A DNA stretch of 64,000 nt from Eledone cirrhosa (taxonomy: Eukaryota). How positions within the stretch are numbered: position 1 is the stretch's first letter; every line of letters begins with the position of its first letter. The DNA lies in NCBI GenBank assembly GCA_964016885.1, contig OZ024740.1:126480001-126544000 (forward strand), written 5' to 3'. Under the pieces are notes generated by a model. It was not told the DNA's origin. It worked only from the letters and a program-made list of their open reading frames with translations, and ran no database searches. The position numbers and the translations under genes were made by a program. This document shows positions 1 to 13,500 of the stretch, piece after piece.

Positions 1-270
1 TCGAGACTGGCAGCTCATCAGACCTGTACTTATCCCGGTTTCCGTGGCTTCAAGCGACTGAGAGTACAAGAAACCACTCCGATACAGGAAGTTAAACTGT
101 TTCAAGGTTAAACTACCAGTTTGTACTCATTACAGTTGAGTATACTGGTGCTACTTGAAATGAAGTGCTTTGCTCAAGAACACAATGTAAAACCAAGCCC
201 AGAAATCGAACCCATGTCACTATGATTTTTAGTCCAATGCTCTTTTCAAAACACCATGCGCTGCCACACG
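1..270 (-). mobile_element. tRNA-derived SINE, degenerate (cephalopod-type)
   Basis: Minus strand has a B-box-like GGTTCGATTTC followed by TTGTGTTCTTGAGCAAAGCACTTCATTTCA. A related plus-strand copy lies at 52760-52900. Confidence 0.5.
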
Positions 271-518
271 ATACGTGACACTGGCCATATTATTAATAAA
301 AGCTACATCATGCTTAGATAACTGAAATTGCCAATAAAAATCCATACAGCAACATAAACAACATGACTAATATGCTTTCTCTCCCTCCGCCCGTTTCTCT
401 TATTCTTTACCATACCTCTTCCACATTCTCTACCTCTTTCCCCTGCCCTCATCTTTCCTTTCCGCCCCTTTCATCACCTTCATCCTCATTATCATGTTCA
501 TCCACATCATCATGATCA

Positions 519-541
519 CACTACTACTACTCCTACTACTC

Positions 542-604
<63 letters not shown>
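519..604. repeat. (CTA)n microsatellite
   Basis: Direct reading. Confidence 0.95.
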
Positions 605-1714
605 AACAATAACAAAAACAATGGCATCAAAAAGTTTGTAAAGTATAAAGTATAAAAGAAATAAGTCTTAATAAACGAATGGAAATTAATTAAGACATCG
701 GGAAAAAACATATGAGAGAACTAGCACGTAGAGATATAAAATACAAATGATGAAAGATCTTTAACATTGGGGGAAAAACAAGGTTATCAATAACGCCGTC
801 TTACTGAAGCTGGCATGAAAGAAACCTCGGTGTCAGTCCGCTAGATCAAATGGCTTGCGGCATTTTGTTGTGTGTATGTATGTGTTAGACTTCAGTCAGA
901 TCCTAAGACGTGCGTTTCTGTTGATTGATCAACGGAACAGCCTGCACTTAAAATTAACCTGTAGTTGCTGAGCATTTCATCGAAGTGTGTGGTTTTTGGA
1001 CCCGGCGACGAGCGTTCCGATTGCTTGATCTGCAAACTGTTGCTTATGAAATTAAACTACATGTGACTAAGCATTACACAGACACGTGCATCATTAACGT
1101 AATTCTCGGGAAGAGTGAGCGTAACACGGTGTGTGCTCATACGGCCGACAGCTGAGTGGACTGGAGCAATATGAAATATAATGCCTAACGTACCGAACAT
1201 CCTAAGCATTAGCCACGGTCCTTCTACTAACTTTAAATATTTATATTTTATTCCCACTGGCTTTTTGACATAACTCATATCGCTTCACAGTTCATCGTTG
1301 TTGCTGTTGTTATTATTATTGTCGTTAATGTTGTAGTTTAATTCTGAAATAGTAGTTATCTAGCAGGCCTAAAATCAAAAGCGTTCTAGCTGGGAACATC
1401 ATACTGTGACAGACTAAATGTATGAGTTAAGATCCCACCTGCATTGCAACATATTTGTTGTCACTTCTGAGTTTTTGTTTTATTTGTCACTGTTGTTTAA
1501 TTCTGAGATTTATCTAGAAGGAAGACCTTTGAAAAAAGACGTTCCAGCAGCGACCATCACGTATTTTCGTCATACATATCAGACTAAATTGAAAGCTTAT
1601 AGATAGTACTTTAAGGAACACAAGTCGTTACCTGCTGTACGTCTGTTTACGATCAAAGTCGGTTGAGCATTTGATCAACCAGTTTTCTTCACTTAATAAT
1701 AATAAAACACGGGT

Positions 1715-1991
1715 GTAGCATTACGCAAAAGAATGACCATCCATCACCAACAAATACGAGACATAAACACAAGAAAAATCCGCTTAAGTAGCCACATTGC
1801 AGATTGTGCAGGAATGACCCTACCCAACTTTAAAATCTTCCCCCTTTACAAGTGCCCCGATTCTTTCACTCAACAACAAAGTATAAATAAAGAAACACTA
1901 CTTATTAACAAATTTAAACCAACATTAAACATGTAATCACCCTCATTAGATTCTCTCTCTCCCACACACACACGTGCACACACACACACAC

Positions 1992-2086
<95 letters not shown>

Positions 2087-2900
2087 ACACCATGAAATAA
2101 GAGAGAAAAAATTGCTCATACACATATTTTCCAAAAATTTCCCGATTGAAAGCCACGATTGATGCTCTGCTCTATTTTTTTTTTTATTTCCCACCACAAA
2201 GAGACCTATGACAGACAGGTTGAAGCTCACACATACACATACAGGTGTGTATTTTATTTTATATATACACTCTCACACTACACATACTCTCTAAAACCAT
2301 ATTCCGAAAATAGAATTTCTTTACAACCCTACTGTTGCCAATCCTATATAACTTGATTCAAACTTACAATACAACCCCCTTGCCACCCCCAGCTGAACTC
2401 TTGACCAGTCCATTAACAGAATTTAGATACACACACATATTTACACTTTGTTCCTAAAAACAATTTTGTTCTGTGAAGAAACACACCCACAACCACTGCT
2501 CCTGCTACTTTATGGCTACACCTCTATCTAAATATACACAAGAGTACATTTTCCATTTTTCTTCTCAATAGGAAAGATGAAAAAAACTTACCTATTAATT
2601 TAAAATCTTTAATTTTTAGTTTTTAATTCTTAATTCTTTTTAATTGTAATACCTATTATTTGATAAGATGAATTTTACTAATACATCGAAACCGGTAATA
2701 CTTTATATGCTTTATATACGTTATAAAACTCTCTTTTAAAACAATTATCCCTCTCATTGTTTCAATAATGTCACTTTGACGAATCAAAGAAAGGAAAAAA
2801 AAATGCCTCTAAAATATACTTTCTGTGCTGATATTTCCTACTTCACCTTTTCTCTATAACCAGTGTTTTGTATACATCCTTACATCCCTCTTCTAATATG
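1715..2900 (+). mobile_element. PLE 3' fragment (GIY-YIG C-terminus, 3' UTR, HHR)
   Basis: ORF 1733-1936 (H.QQIR...SSHIADCA...KETLLINKFKPTLN) resembles a PLE GIY-YIG C-terminus. It is homologous to the fragment at 24080-24290 and has a downstream HHR. Confidence 0.7.
2657..2700 (+). ncRNA. Minimal type-I hammerhead ribozyme, U3-A8 core
   Basis: TAT-TTGATAA-GATG..CATC-GAAA-CCGG-TA-ATA. Confidence 0.6.
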
Positions 2901-2918
2901 TGTATATGTATATATATA

Positions 2919-3322
<404 letters not shown>

Positions 3323-5052
3323 AGATAGATTGATAGATAGATAGCAAGTGAGAGAGAGAGAGGGGGAAGAGTGCGAGAGAGGGGGGAGAGAGAGAGGGAG
3401 AGAGAGAAAGAAAGAGAGAGAGAGAGATCGTTAAATTGGTAAATGTCATTGGCAACATAAAGGAATTTTGAAATGTGTAACGCGCATTCCAATGCAAATC
3501 AGAAATAATATCTGAAATCAATGTCATTTTTTTTCTGTGTGGGTGGATGGAGCATAATATACATAACACCTTGCAAATTTAGAATCAATGCATACACAGT
3601 ATCTCTGCATTACAAATGCAGTAATTACCGTAAATAATCTATTTAACACTCCATTATGCAACTTCGTCTCCAACTACACCCACAAAAAAACCCTAAAAAA
3701 CACAACATACAAATTACTCTCTTTGTACCAACATTTATCAAAAGATAATGAAAACAGACATAAATCTACCGATTAGAACAAACAGAAAGACAAAGACACT
3801 AGCCACCCGAGTGGAGACAAGCACATTAGCACAACACACTCTTAAAATATGATTTTCATTAACAACCAGAGAAGAAAATAAAACGTTTTAACCTCCATAA
3901 AATATTTACTACAACAATTCTTTGACAATCTTCTCATAGCATTTATTGAGGTTTTGATAGTTTCTCTACACTTTTGTTTTTGCTCTGATTGCTATTTCTT
4001 CATTGCATTTAATTGTCATGTTTCCTTTTCATCCTTTCAACAATGACCTTTATACTCCGCCCCACAAGTGACGGACGTGGCTGAAGTTAACTCAAATTAT
4101 TTGGTTAAATTTTCATTTCAAAATGTGATAGTTTGAGCTTGATCATTTGGCTTTTTACCAAGTAATAAGAATGAGGAGTAGTGGACCATATGTACCCGAT
4201 TGTACGAAAAGATTGTCTTCCGGCAACTATTCGTATACCAGGATTCTTTCCTTCCGTATATAGTCAATATAGCTTACACACCGAACGAGATATCCCTAAT
4301 ATGCAACGGATACATCAAGATGGTTGTCAAATGCACTAGTACGAAATCATTCCAAAACTTCCACATCGAAAACAGCAACCTAAATTCTCTCACCAATTAT
4401 CGTGAGGCCAATGCACTGACTATGAAAACAAGGACACTACGCAGGTCTACTGATAGTATATTATACCTAGAGCTTCACTATTTCAATGAGAGAAGAATCG
4501 CAACTCTCCGACAAGCTATCCGTAGCGACTTAGAACTGGTGAACTCGGACCCCTCACGAAATCTACTTTCGAAATCCCAGCATGTAAATAACAATAAAAT
4601 ATAAATATTGTCTAACCGACCCATCAACAGCGCATACATGTGCAAGATATCGGATGTGGCTTACCGGATCACCTGCAGAAGCTGTGGTAGCTCATAATTT
4701 GGAACAATTTTCCGGATGTTGCTCGATAAAGGAACAGGAATGTTGTTGCATCCCCTTTCATATGACACAGGGGAGAAATGTAACAAGCGAGGCATTGAGA
4801 TCACTCATCATAAAAGCTGAGAAATTCCTTATTAATAACATGCATTAGGCACAAACAATTAATAGATTGAAACTAAAGAGTTGCTGGTGAGATATATTTA
4901 AAAAAAATATATTTTATAATCCTTTTATCCCAGTACTATCTTTATATTTCTAACCTAACTGTACCCGCTTCCCAAGTACTCAATTAGTTTGTACAGACAC
5001 ACTCACACGCACATACACACATAATCACAAATACACACACACACATACACAC

Positions 5053-5093
<41 letters not shown>

Positions 5094-5096
<3 letters not shown>

Positions 5097-5590
5097 GAGT
5101 GAAGAATAACACTGATAAGCTGTACAGTTGTGTTTATTCCAAGTATTAACAAATCATTCATTGGTCCGGTGTGTCTGAAAATCGATATCTGCGGTGCTGC
5201 TTTGACATCCATTTACATACTGTTATCAACAGCCAAATTATCAAAATACTGTATTTTAATAATTTGGCTGGTGAGAACAGTACTTAAAGTCGGATGTCAA
5301 AGCAGCACCACTGGTAGCGGTTTTTAGATACACCGGGCTAATTAAACATTTGTTAATACTTGGAATAAACCCTACTTATAACTTTTCGATGTTATTCTTC
5401 ACTCGTTCACTATTAATACTCCACTTACCTACAAACTATCGGGAATCAGCCAGCCGAACACCACAACTAGGTAAACATCTTGTCGAGTTAAACAACGCCG
5501 CACGTTAGAATCATCCACTGTACAGATTGCTCATAATCTTTACTTGGATTACCAAATACGAAAGCTTATTTACTTAAATGCATACATATA
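5094..5590. mobile_element. Palindromic PLE/retrozyme end with two head-to-head HHRs
   Basis: Arms 5094-5249 and 5251-5405 are inverted about position 5250. The right arm continues as a tail. (TA)n flanks on both sides. Confidence 0.75.
5142..5250 (-). ncRNA. Hammerhead ribozyme, U3-A8 core, long stem II, GAAA decayed to GAAT
   Basis: Minus strand AGTATT-TTGATAA-TTTGG...CCAAT-GAAT-GATTTG-TT-AATACT, with a 6-bp stem I. Confidence 0.65.
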
Positions 5591-6181
5591 TATATATAGT
5601 AATAATAATAAATTTGAAGTCTAAAATCCAAAGAGGGCTTGATAAGGATAAATATATATCAAATATATTAGTTTGTACAGACACACACTCACACGCACAT
5701 ACACACACAATCACAAATACAAACACACACATACAAACATGTATATATATATATATATAAGAGTGAAGAATAACACGGATAAGCTGTACAGTTGTGTTTA
5801 TTCCAAGTATTCGGTTTCCTAGTTAGGATTTTAGTCTACGACTTCAGCTATACCATTTATGTGGTTTTGTCTTTGCGTGCAATTGTTCCCCACGCTCCAC
5901 ATATGACGTATTATCTTCGTTTTATTCCGTTCATTGCCAGAGAACGTCTCTATGAACCACCTAAGAGAACATTAGTCTACGACTTCTTTTATACCATAAA
6001 CGTGGTTCTGTCTTTGCGCGTAATTGTTTTTCACCGCTCCTATTAAAAGACGTATATATTCGTTTTTTCCCGTTCTTTGCCAGGGAACGTTTCCACGAAC
6101 CAAAGTATCGTCTTCCTGTCTTCCTCCGATTGCAACGTTTTTTTGAAATATCCACTTCTGCGTTTACAGATTGACTTTGTT

Positions 6182-6232
6182 AGTTTCAGAAGATCCCGTT
6201 AAGGGTGAAAGCAGCGATTCTTTGCTTAAACT
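6182..6232 (+). ncRNA. Type-I hammerhead ribozyme with CAGAAGA (U4A) core
   Basis: AGTTT-CAGAAGA-TCCCGTTAAGGGT-GAAA-GCA.GCGATTCTT.TGC-TT-AAACT; all three stems pair. Confidence 0.75.
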
Positions 6233-6386
6233 TTAATCTGTTATTTTAATATATATTTGCTCTACGGTTCTTATAGATTTGATATATATTTATCCTTATC
6301 GAGCCCTCTTTGGATTTTAGTCTTCAAATTTATTATTATTACTATTTGGCTCCCTCGGTTGAGCACTCTATTGACTTATATTCATC

Positions 6387-8515
6387 ATGCAGAAACAACA
6401 TCTGAATATTTCTACAAACAACATACCCGTACCAAGCAGGGAAACATACCTAAAACTCGTGATACAGAAAACAGACGCGTTCATTAAAAGGTTGCGTTGG
6501 CGTGCCTTTTATTTTGATAATCCGCAAAAAGCAGACAACAAACAGGATAAATTCGGGTTTAAAACCTATAATAACCCCCCGTTTAACCCAGCATTGCTAC
6601 CCTTCGAAAATGATGTCTTGGAACTCATACGGAGTTTCAAATTTCGGAATAGGAGCAATTCCTTCCAGCAGGACCTGAAGAATTGAATTCGTTCTATTAA
6701 GGATTCTAATGCCGTGCACGTCCATTCCGACAAAACTGGCAACCTATATCAAGTGGAGCGCAGTACTTACCAACAACTACTACATAATGCTGTAACTAAG
6801 GATTACCGTAAAACTAATCGGTGCGTCATAAATGAAATCAACGATGCTGGGTTTAAAATCACCTCTGATCTCAACATCCTGGACCGGACCGAACCTCTGG
6901 ATCCTATTTCTCCCCACTTTACCCTGAAGGATCACAAATCCAATTTTCCGAACAACCTCTCTATTCGGCTTATTAACCCTACGAAGTCCGATTTAGGTAG
7001 ACTTAGTAAAAGGATTCTTGATAGAATTATACCAGAAATTAAAATGTTGGCCCCTCTTGCACTGTGGAACAATTCTTTCGTGGTGATTGATTGGTTCAAC
7101 GGCATATGCAACAAGGAATTTTGCCGTTTTATCCAATTCGACATCAACAATTACTACTCCTCCATCATTTTACCACTTCTCCTTAGAGCTATCAATTTCG
7201 CTAAAACACTCACAGTGGTTAAGGATTTCGAGGTTGATGTCATCCTCAATGCCCGTAAGTCGGTGATTAATTTCGACGACTCTATTTGGATAAAAAAATC
7301 CAATAGTACCACATTCGACGTGAGTATGGGCGCCAGCGATTCTGCGGAGGTTACCGATCTTATCGGCCTTTTCCTTCTTTTCTCTATCAAGGACGAATTC
7401 CCCAACGCGGGCGGTGGTTTGTACCGTGATGATGGTCTTTTGACCATGACTAAGTGCGGACCTCTTGCTTGCGACTGGTTCAGAAAAGAACTCACAGCCT
7501 TCTTTAAAGGCTTCAACCTCTCTATACAGGTTTAGGCCAATCTCTCGGTCGTTAATTACCTCGACGTTACCCTCAATTTATCGAATGGGTTGTATTACCC
7601 GTATAGAAAGCCGAATGATACGCTTAATTACATAAGTAAGGATTCCAAATTTCCTGCCAGCATAACCAAGAACCTTGGAAGAAACGTTTCGTTGAGGCTT
7701 TCCCGTCTATCTACTAACGAGCATATTTTCAACGACCATTCCAATTATTACAATGAAGTTCTTGCTCGGAGTGGATTTGTCGATAAGGTAGCATATACAG
7801 AGTACGAAAATAGACCTAGAAGAAATAGATCCCGTCGCATTTGTTGGTATAACCCACCATATAATATGGAGGTGACCACACCATTAGCTAAGATCTTTAT
7901 TTCCCTTATTACGAAGCATTTTCCCCCTACACATAAACATAGTAACATTTTTAATAGAAATACTATTAAAATGTCTTACTCTACGACTCCTAACCTTGCA
8001 CATAACATAACAGTTTCAAATTTCGCTAAACTACATAGCCGTAGGAACACGTGCAACCCTGTAGTTAGTACTAACTGTAATTGTAGGAATCGGGTTGATT
8101 GACCCCTATCCGGGAAATGCCTCTCTAGTAACATCGTCTACAAATGTAGGTTGAAACACCCACGTCCCGTAGGGCCTATATAGGGTTAACCGCCAATAGA
8201 TTCAAGCAGCGTCTTTACATGCATACCCATTTTTTTCGTTACCCGCTAAGAAGGAATATGACGTCACTTTCAGCTTATATCTGGAGTCTAAAAGACAACC
8301 ACCCCCAATATAAGTTACACTGGGAAATCCTAGCTAGGGCTAGATCGTATAACGGAAATAAAAGACCATGTGACCTCTGCGCCGCTGAGTCCCTGGAAAT
8401 ACTCTACGCCACAGACCACATCTTAAACAAAAAATCTGAGGCAATTTCAGCTTGTAAACATAAATTGCACAAAACTTTCCTGTATTACAGCCTCACGCTA
8501 TACCCTAACGGATAG
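6387..8515 (+). pseudogene. PLE reverse transcriptase + C-terminal GIY-YIG endonuclease, disrupted
   Basis: Motifs TLKDHK..RLINPTKSDLG, FIQFDI, FDVSMGASDSAEV, GLYRDDGL, WYNPPY, NCNCR, YIG, CDLC..E. Stops at 6684, 7533 and 8100, plus a frameshift near 8150. Confidence 0.9.
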
Positions 8516-9351
8516 TACGATCTAAACGTGGATATTTTACGTCTTGATGTGGTAGCTAAGTATATGTTTTGTTTATACCATTACTTATTTGCATAGGTAA
8601 GTATATATTACCTGTATGTTTTGTGAAGGCACGTATACTTTCTCATACGTATATTTGATTGTATATGTTATGGCGTATAATTTTATATATATTCTGGTAT
8701 ATATGGTTTGCTTATGTGTATACGGGAGTTTTGCGTCTGTGTGAGTATGCAGGTTCGTACGTATGTAGGGTGTGTGTATATGTGTACTTCAATATTTTGG
8801 TTGACTTACGTCTCCGAACATTTGTGTATTTACATGTAGGTATGTGTGTGCGCTTGTTATATACGTATTTATTTATATACGTTTATTTAATTATTTATTT
8901 ATTTGTATACACGCACACACACACACATATCTATATATGCGTGGTTTTGTATACCTATGGCAAGTGTTTTCGCATATGCTTGTGTATGTACGTATTTGCA
9001 TGCGTGTATGTATTTATTTAATTTCTATTACCTCTGCATTGTATTTTATTTACTTTATTCTTAACTCTGAAGCGGAGATTCATTCGGTTTCCTAGTTAGA
9101 ATTTTAGTCTACGACTTCAGCTATACCATTTACGTGGTTTTGTCTTTGTGTGCAATTGTTCTCTACGCTCCATATATGACGTATTTCCCGGTTCTGTCTT
9201 TGCGCGTAATTGTTTTTCACCGCTCCTATTATATTCGTTTTTTCCCGTTCTTTGCCAGCGAACGTTTCCACGAACCAAAGTATCGTGTTTCTGTCTTCCT
9301 CCGGTTGCAACGTTTTTTGAAATATCCACTTCTGCGTTTACAGATTGACTT

Positions 9352-9401
9352 AGTTTCAGAAGATCCGTTAAGGGTGAAAGCAGCGATTCTTTGCTTAAAC
9401 T
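9352..9401 (+). ncRNA. Second copy of family A HHR (3' pLTR)
   Basis: Same motif as 6182-6232 with a 1-nt deletion in stem II. Confidence 0.7.
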
Positions 9402-9431
9402 TTAATCTGTTATTTTAATATATATATATAT

Positions 9432-9905
9432 AGAGAGAGTTTTAATATAGATGAGATTCTACAGGACTAGAACTGTTTCATTCTTTAGAAATCATCAGGA
9501 ATCTGGCTTTCCAAAAATAAATGTTGTGGTATTTATATCTGTTCAGGTGGTAGGAGGGGGTGGGGTGTGTGATGGATGGAGGTCATTGGTTGAAAGAAAA
9601 GGGAATTCATTATATTTAGAGTGACAAAGGCAGAAAGAATTCTATAAACAAGTTCAGAATGGTGTGCCACTCCTTATTTTTAAGTTTCTCTTATCTCTTA
9701 ATCTAACAATGCCTATATTTCAGGTGTCTATAAGATGGTTGATAAGTTTAAAGAAAAGGAAAAATTGTTTAAAAGCTAATTCTTTAAAGCTCTACTTAGA
9801 GTGACAAAGGCCAAGATAATTCTATAAACCGTTTCAAAATATTGGGTGCCTATCATATCATTATTGTCATATTTCTCTTAAGCTATATTCCAGGTGTCAA
9901 CAGAC
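9432..9905 (-). mobile_element. HHR-bearing PLE/retrozyme 3' fragment with an internal ~180-bp-period duplication
   Basis: HHR at 9454-9504. Repeats at 9616-9730 and 9796-9900. The same family occurs at 35761-35915. Confidence 0.55.
9454..9504 (-). ncRNA. Type-I hammerhead ribozyme, canonical core
   Basis: Minus strand AGATTC-CTGATGA-TTTCTAAAGAAT-GAAA-CAG.TTCTAGTC.CTG-TA-GAATCT. Confidence 0.85.
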
Positions 9906-9911
9906 ACATTC

Positions 9912-10024
<113 letters not shown>

Positions 10025-10043
10025 CACATACACACATAAATAC

Positions 10044-10123
<80 letters not shown>

Positions 10124-10127
10124 TTGT

Positions 10128-10405
10128 GTATAGTGGTAGCTATGGTGCTTCCGTAGGCGGTATGCCAAAATTAGCACTCGATATTCATCAGAGTAGAGTG
10201 TAGATATTATAATTTTATGTAGTCCGGAGCACATTTTAATAAAATTTGCTCCGGACATAACACCCGTGTCTGAAAGAACCCGCAGAAGTAGAATCAGCCA
10301 GATCCATACAAGGACCATGACTCCAGCTACATGTCGGCGAAACATTTGTAACACGAAATAAACTAAGTCCAGATGCATCACTGATTCTTCGTTTTCTTTA
10401 CAATA
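10128..10405. mobile_element. Two-armed PLE end fragment with a degenerate HHR (10265-10355)
   Basis: Left arm is homologous to 36018-36115 and right arm to 43578-43715. HHR reads CGTGT-CTGAAAGA...GGC-GAAA-CATTTG-TA-ACACG. Confidence 0.6.
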
Positions 10406-10411
10406 TATATA

Positions 10412-10463
10412 TATGATGGCTGCCCCCTCGTTATCGAGTATGGCCATTGCTCGAGAAAAAAAA

Positions 10464-10522
<59 letters not shown>

Positions 10523-13500
10523 CATATTAATAACAACAATAATAATAACAACAATAATAATAACGACAACAACAACAATAATAATATACATATATATATA
10601 TATAGACACACGCACACACATAAACATATCTATACACACACACACACGATAGTAACTAACAGCGCTGCGATCGAATGTCGCTTTTTAGTCCAGCCAATGA
10701 TCTAAAATGGCTTGCACAGAGTCGGCAACCAAAACATTCACTGGGATTAGCCGGCTGTGGTTGGAGTTCATGTACTTTTGCATGTCGTTTGAGCCCTCCT
10801 GCTGATTTACATTCTCTACCACATGCTTGGCAAGCATGATGAGTAGCATCTCTAACAGCAGACTGGTAGTCAACCACTGGTCTTACTTCATGACTGCGAA
10901 GATGACTTTCGAGTCCAGCTTTGCTTAGGCGGAGTCTCGCACACACGCTGCATGTCAGCACCATAGGAGGACCCTCGCCGTCTGGAAGTGCAACAGCAAT
11001 GCCCTTCCTCACATCCCACTTTACTTTCTCGTATGCGATTTGAGATGCCTCAAAAGCAACTTTTCCCTCATATACAGTCTTTCTCCATTTATTACGATCA
11101 GCAGCAATATTTTCCCATGTATCAGCAGAGATGTTAGCGTCTTTCAAAGAGGCTTTCAAGGAATACTTATACCTCATTTTTGGTTTATGTGGCGGTCGTT
11201 TTCCTTTAACTAACTCTCCATAAAAGAGTTGTTTTAGTATTCTAGAATCCTTCATCCTGGAATGGTGACCACTCCAACGGAGTCGTTGCTTAAGCACAAG
11301 AGCTTCTATACTGTCACACATAGAGCTTTCCAAAATCTCGACATCACTGATGTGGTCTCTCCAGTGAACGCCATGGATCCGTCTGAGACACATCTGATGG
11401 AAACGCTCCAATTGGTTAAGGTGGTGTCGATATGTGACCCAGGTCTCGCTGGCAAAAAGAAGAGAAGAGAGCACACGTGCCTTTTACACCTTTACATTTG
11501 TCTTCTTGCATATGTCTCGCCGACCCCAGAGTCGCCTTTCTAGCTTTCCTAAAGCATCACTTTCCTAATCCTAAGTGAGATTTCACTATCAAGGTTGCTG
11601 TATCGATTGACAGTGCTTCCCAGGTAGACAAACTGATGAACTACTCCAAGTCCTTCACCATACACATAGATATTTGGTTCACTGTACTGATTACCAGGGG
11701 AAGGTTGGTACATGGCGACCGTTTTCTTGAGACTGACTGTCAGTCCTAGGGCAGTGCAAGCGTCAGAAAATGCATTAAAAATCTGTTGCATATCACTCTC
11801 TGTGTGCGCTACGAGATTGCAATCATCTGCATACAAGAGGTCTCTTATGATTGATGTAAATACTTTTGTCTTTGCAGCAAAGCGCCTCATGTTAAATATG
11901 CTGCCTGAGGTTCGATATCGAATGTAAACACCACGTTCGCAATTCCTGAATGCAATACAGAAAACCATTGCAAATATATGGCAAACAGGGTCGGTGCTGG
12001 AATATCCCCCTGTTTCACTCATTGTTTACTGACATCGGCTCCGACATGTTCCCTCCGACATTAACCCAAGCCTTCATGTCGTCATGGAAAGACCTAACTA
12101 AAGCAAGGAACTTATCAGGGCAACAAAGTTTCTGGAGAACCTTCCATAATCCATTTCTGTTAACACTATCGAAAGCTTTTGTCAGATCGACAAAATCCTG
12201 ATACAGATCCAAACCTTGTTCCATGCACTTATCCTGGAGCTGTCTAGCTGAGAAGATCATATCAGTAGTGCCGCGTGCAGCACGAACACAATATTGACTT
12301 TCAAGAAGAACACAATCTGCAATGAGTGTCAGCAGACGGTCCAGAAGCACCCTACATAAAACTTTCCCTACAACAGAAAGCAATGATATACCTCTGTAGT
12401 TCCCACAAACATTCCTGTTACCCTTTTCCTTGTACATGACCACCATTACTGCATCTCTCCAGTCCTCAGGTACGGATTCATTAGACCATATCCTGCCAAA
12501 CAAAGAGTGAAGATGTTGTAGGAGTCTCTCACCACCCTATTGTAGGATCTCAGCATGTATGCCATCCATACCTGGAGACCTTCCACTGTTCAGCTTCGAG
12601 ATAGCCACTGCAACCTCCACAAGCGTCGGAGTGTCTGCGAGAGCTACTTTCACAGGACTTTCTGGAATGAGATTGAGGAAATCTTCATTGACGACAGACG
12701 GCTGATTCAAAAGATCATCAAAGTGCTCTCGCCACCTTCGTAGAATTCTTTGTGAGTCACGAAGAAGTTCTTTGCCATCCTTGCTGCGAAGCGGTGTCAC
12801 CAGAGAAGAAGACGGTCCATAAACTTCACGCAAGAGAATGTACAACAGCTTTATGTTATTGGAATCTGACGCAGTTTGTATCTCATCAGCCTTCTCACTC
12901 CACCACTGAACATTCATCTGAGAAAGACTCCGCCTAACACGTGATTTTACATCCTTGAGTTCCTCATGCAACGTATTCCTCTCCTGTGGTTTTGCCGTCA
13001 TGTAGCGTGACAGAGCACGCCTCCTATCAGCCAACAAGTCTTCTATATGTACATCATACTCATTAAACCAGTTCTGATGTTTTCTCTGCACCAATCCCAG
13101 AACACGCCTGCCTACATCATAAACCGACTTTTCAATGATCGGCCAATCCTCACCAAGATCTGCAACCTGCATCTCTTCTTGCAATGTCCTCTTCACATTT
13201 TTATCCTTAAGACGAGCAGCATTCAATCTTTTGGGCAGGGTAACACCAGGAGCCCGGATTTTACGTTTAGTGATTAGTTTCACTTTTGCGCGAAGAGCAC
13301 GAACACACTGCACATCCTGTCTGCATGTCATTCCTTAGATGCAAGATGCATCCATGTGGTCTTGAATTTGTTCTTTTGTTGGAATATGGTGTTGGTAACA
13401 CACAGATCCAGCTCCTCACACATCTGCAGCAGGAGCATACCATTGTTGTTACACTTTCCCACCCCATGCCTTCCGATTACATTACATGTGTTAAAATCCC

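Larger units (their letters stand above)
5597..9420 (+). mobile_element. Penelope-like element family A (pLTR-ORF-pLTR with inverted tail arm), YRDD-type, possibly Hydra clade
   Basis: Direct repeats 5811-6250 and 9083-9420. Inverted tail 5597-5667 matches 6275-6345. RT+GIY-YIG ORF lies between the repeats. Confidence 0.9.

Noticed and set aside
4200-4848. ORFs of 134 and 64 aa as a host gene
   Set aside because: No recognisable domain, non-ATG start for the longer ORF, and no splice support; possibly decayed transposon sequence.
8100-8102. In-frame TGA at a conserved Cys (NCNCRNRVD*PL), suggesting selenocysteine recoding as in some PLEs
   Set aside because: The same copy has a TAG stop and a frameshift, one substitution explains TGY>TGA, and no SECIS was identified. 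A family consensus would settle it.
10180-10195. CTGATGA on the minus strand as a hammerhead
   Set aside because: No matching GAAA or stems; it lies inside the tail motif.
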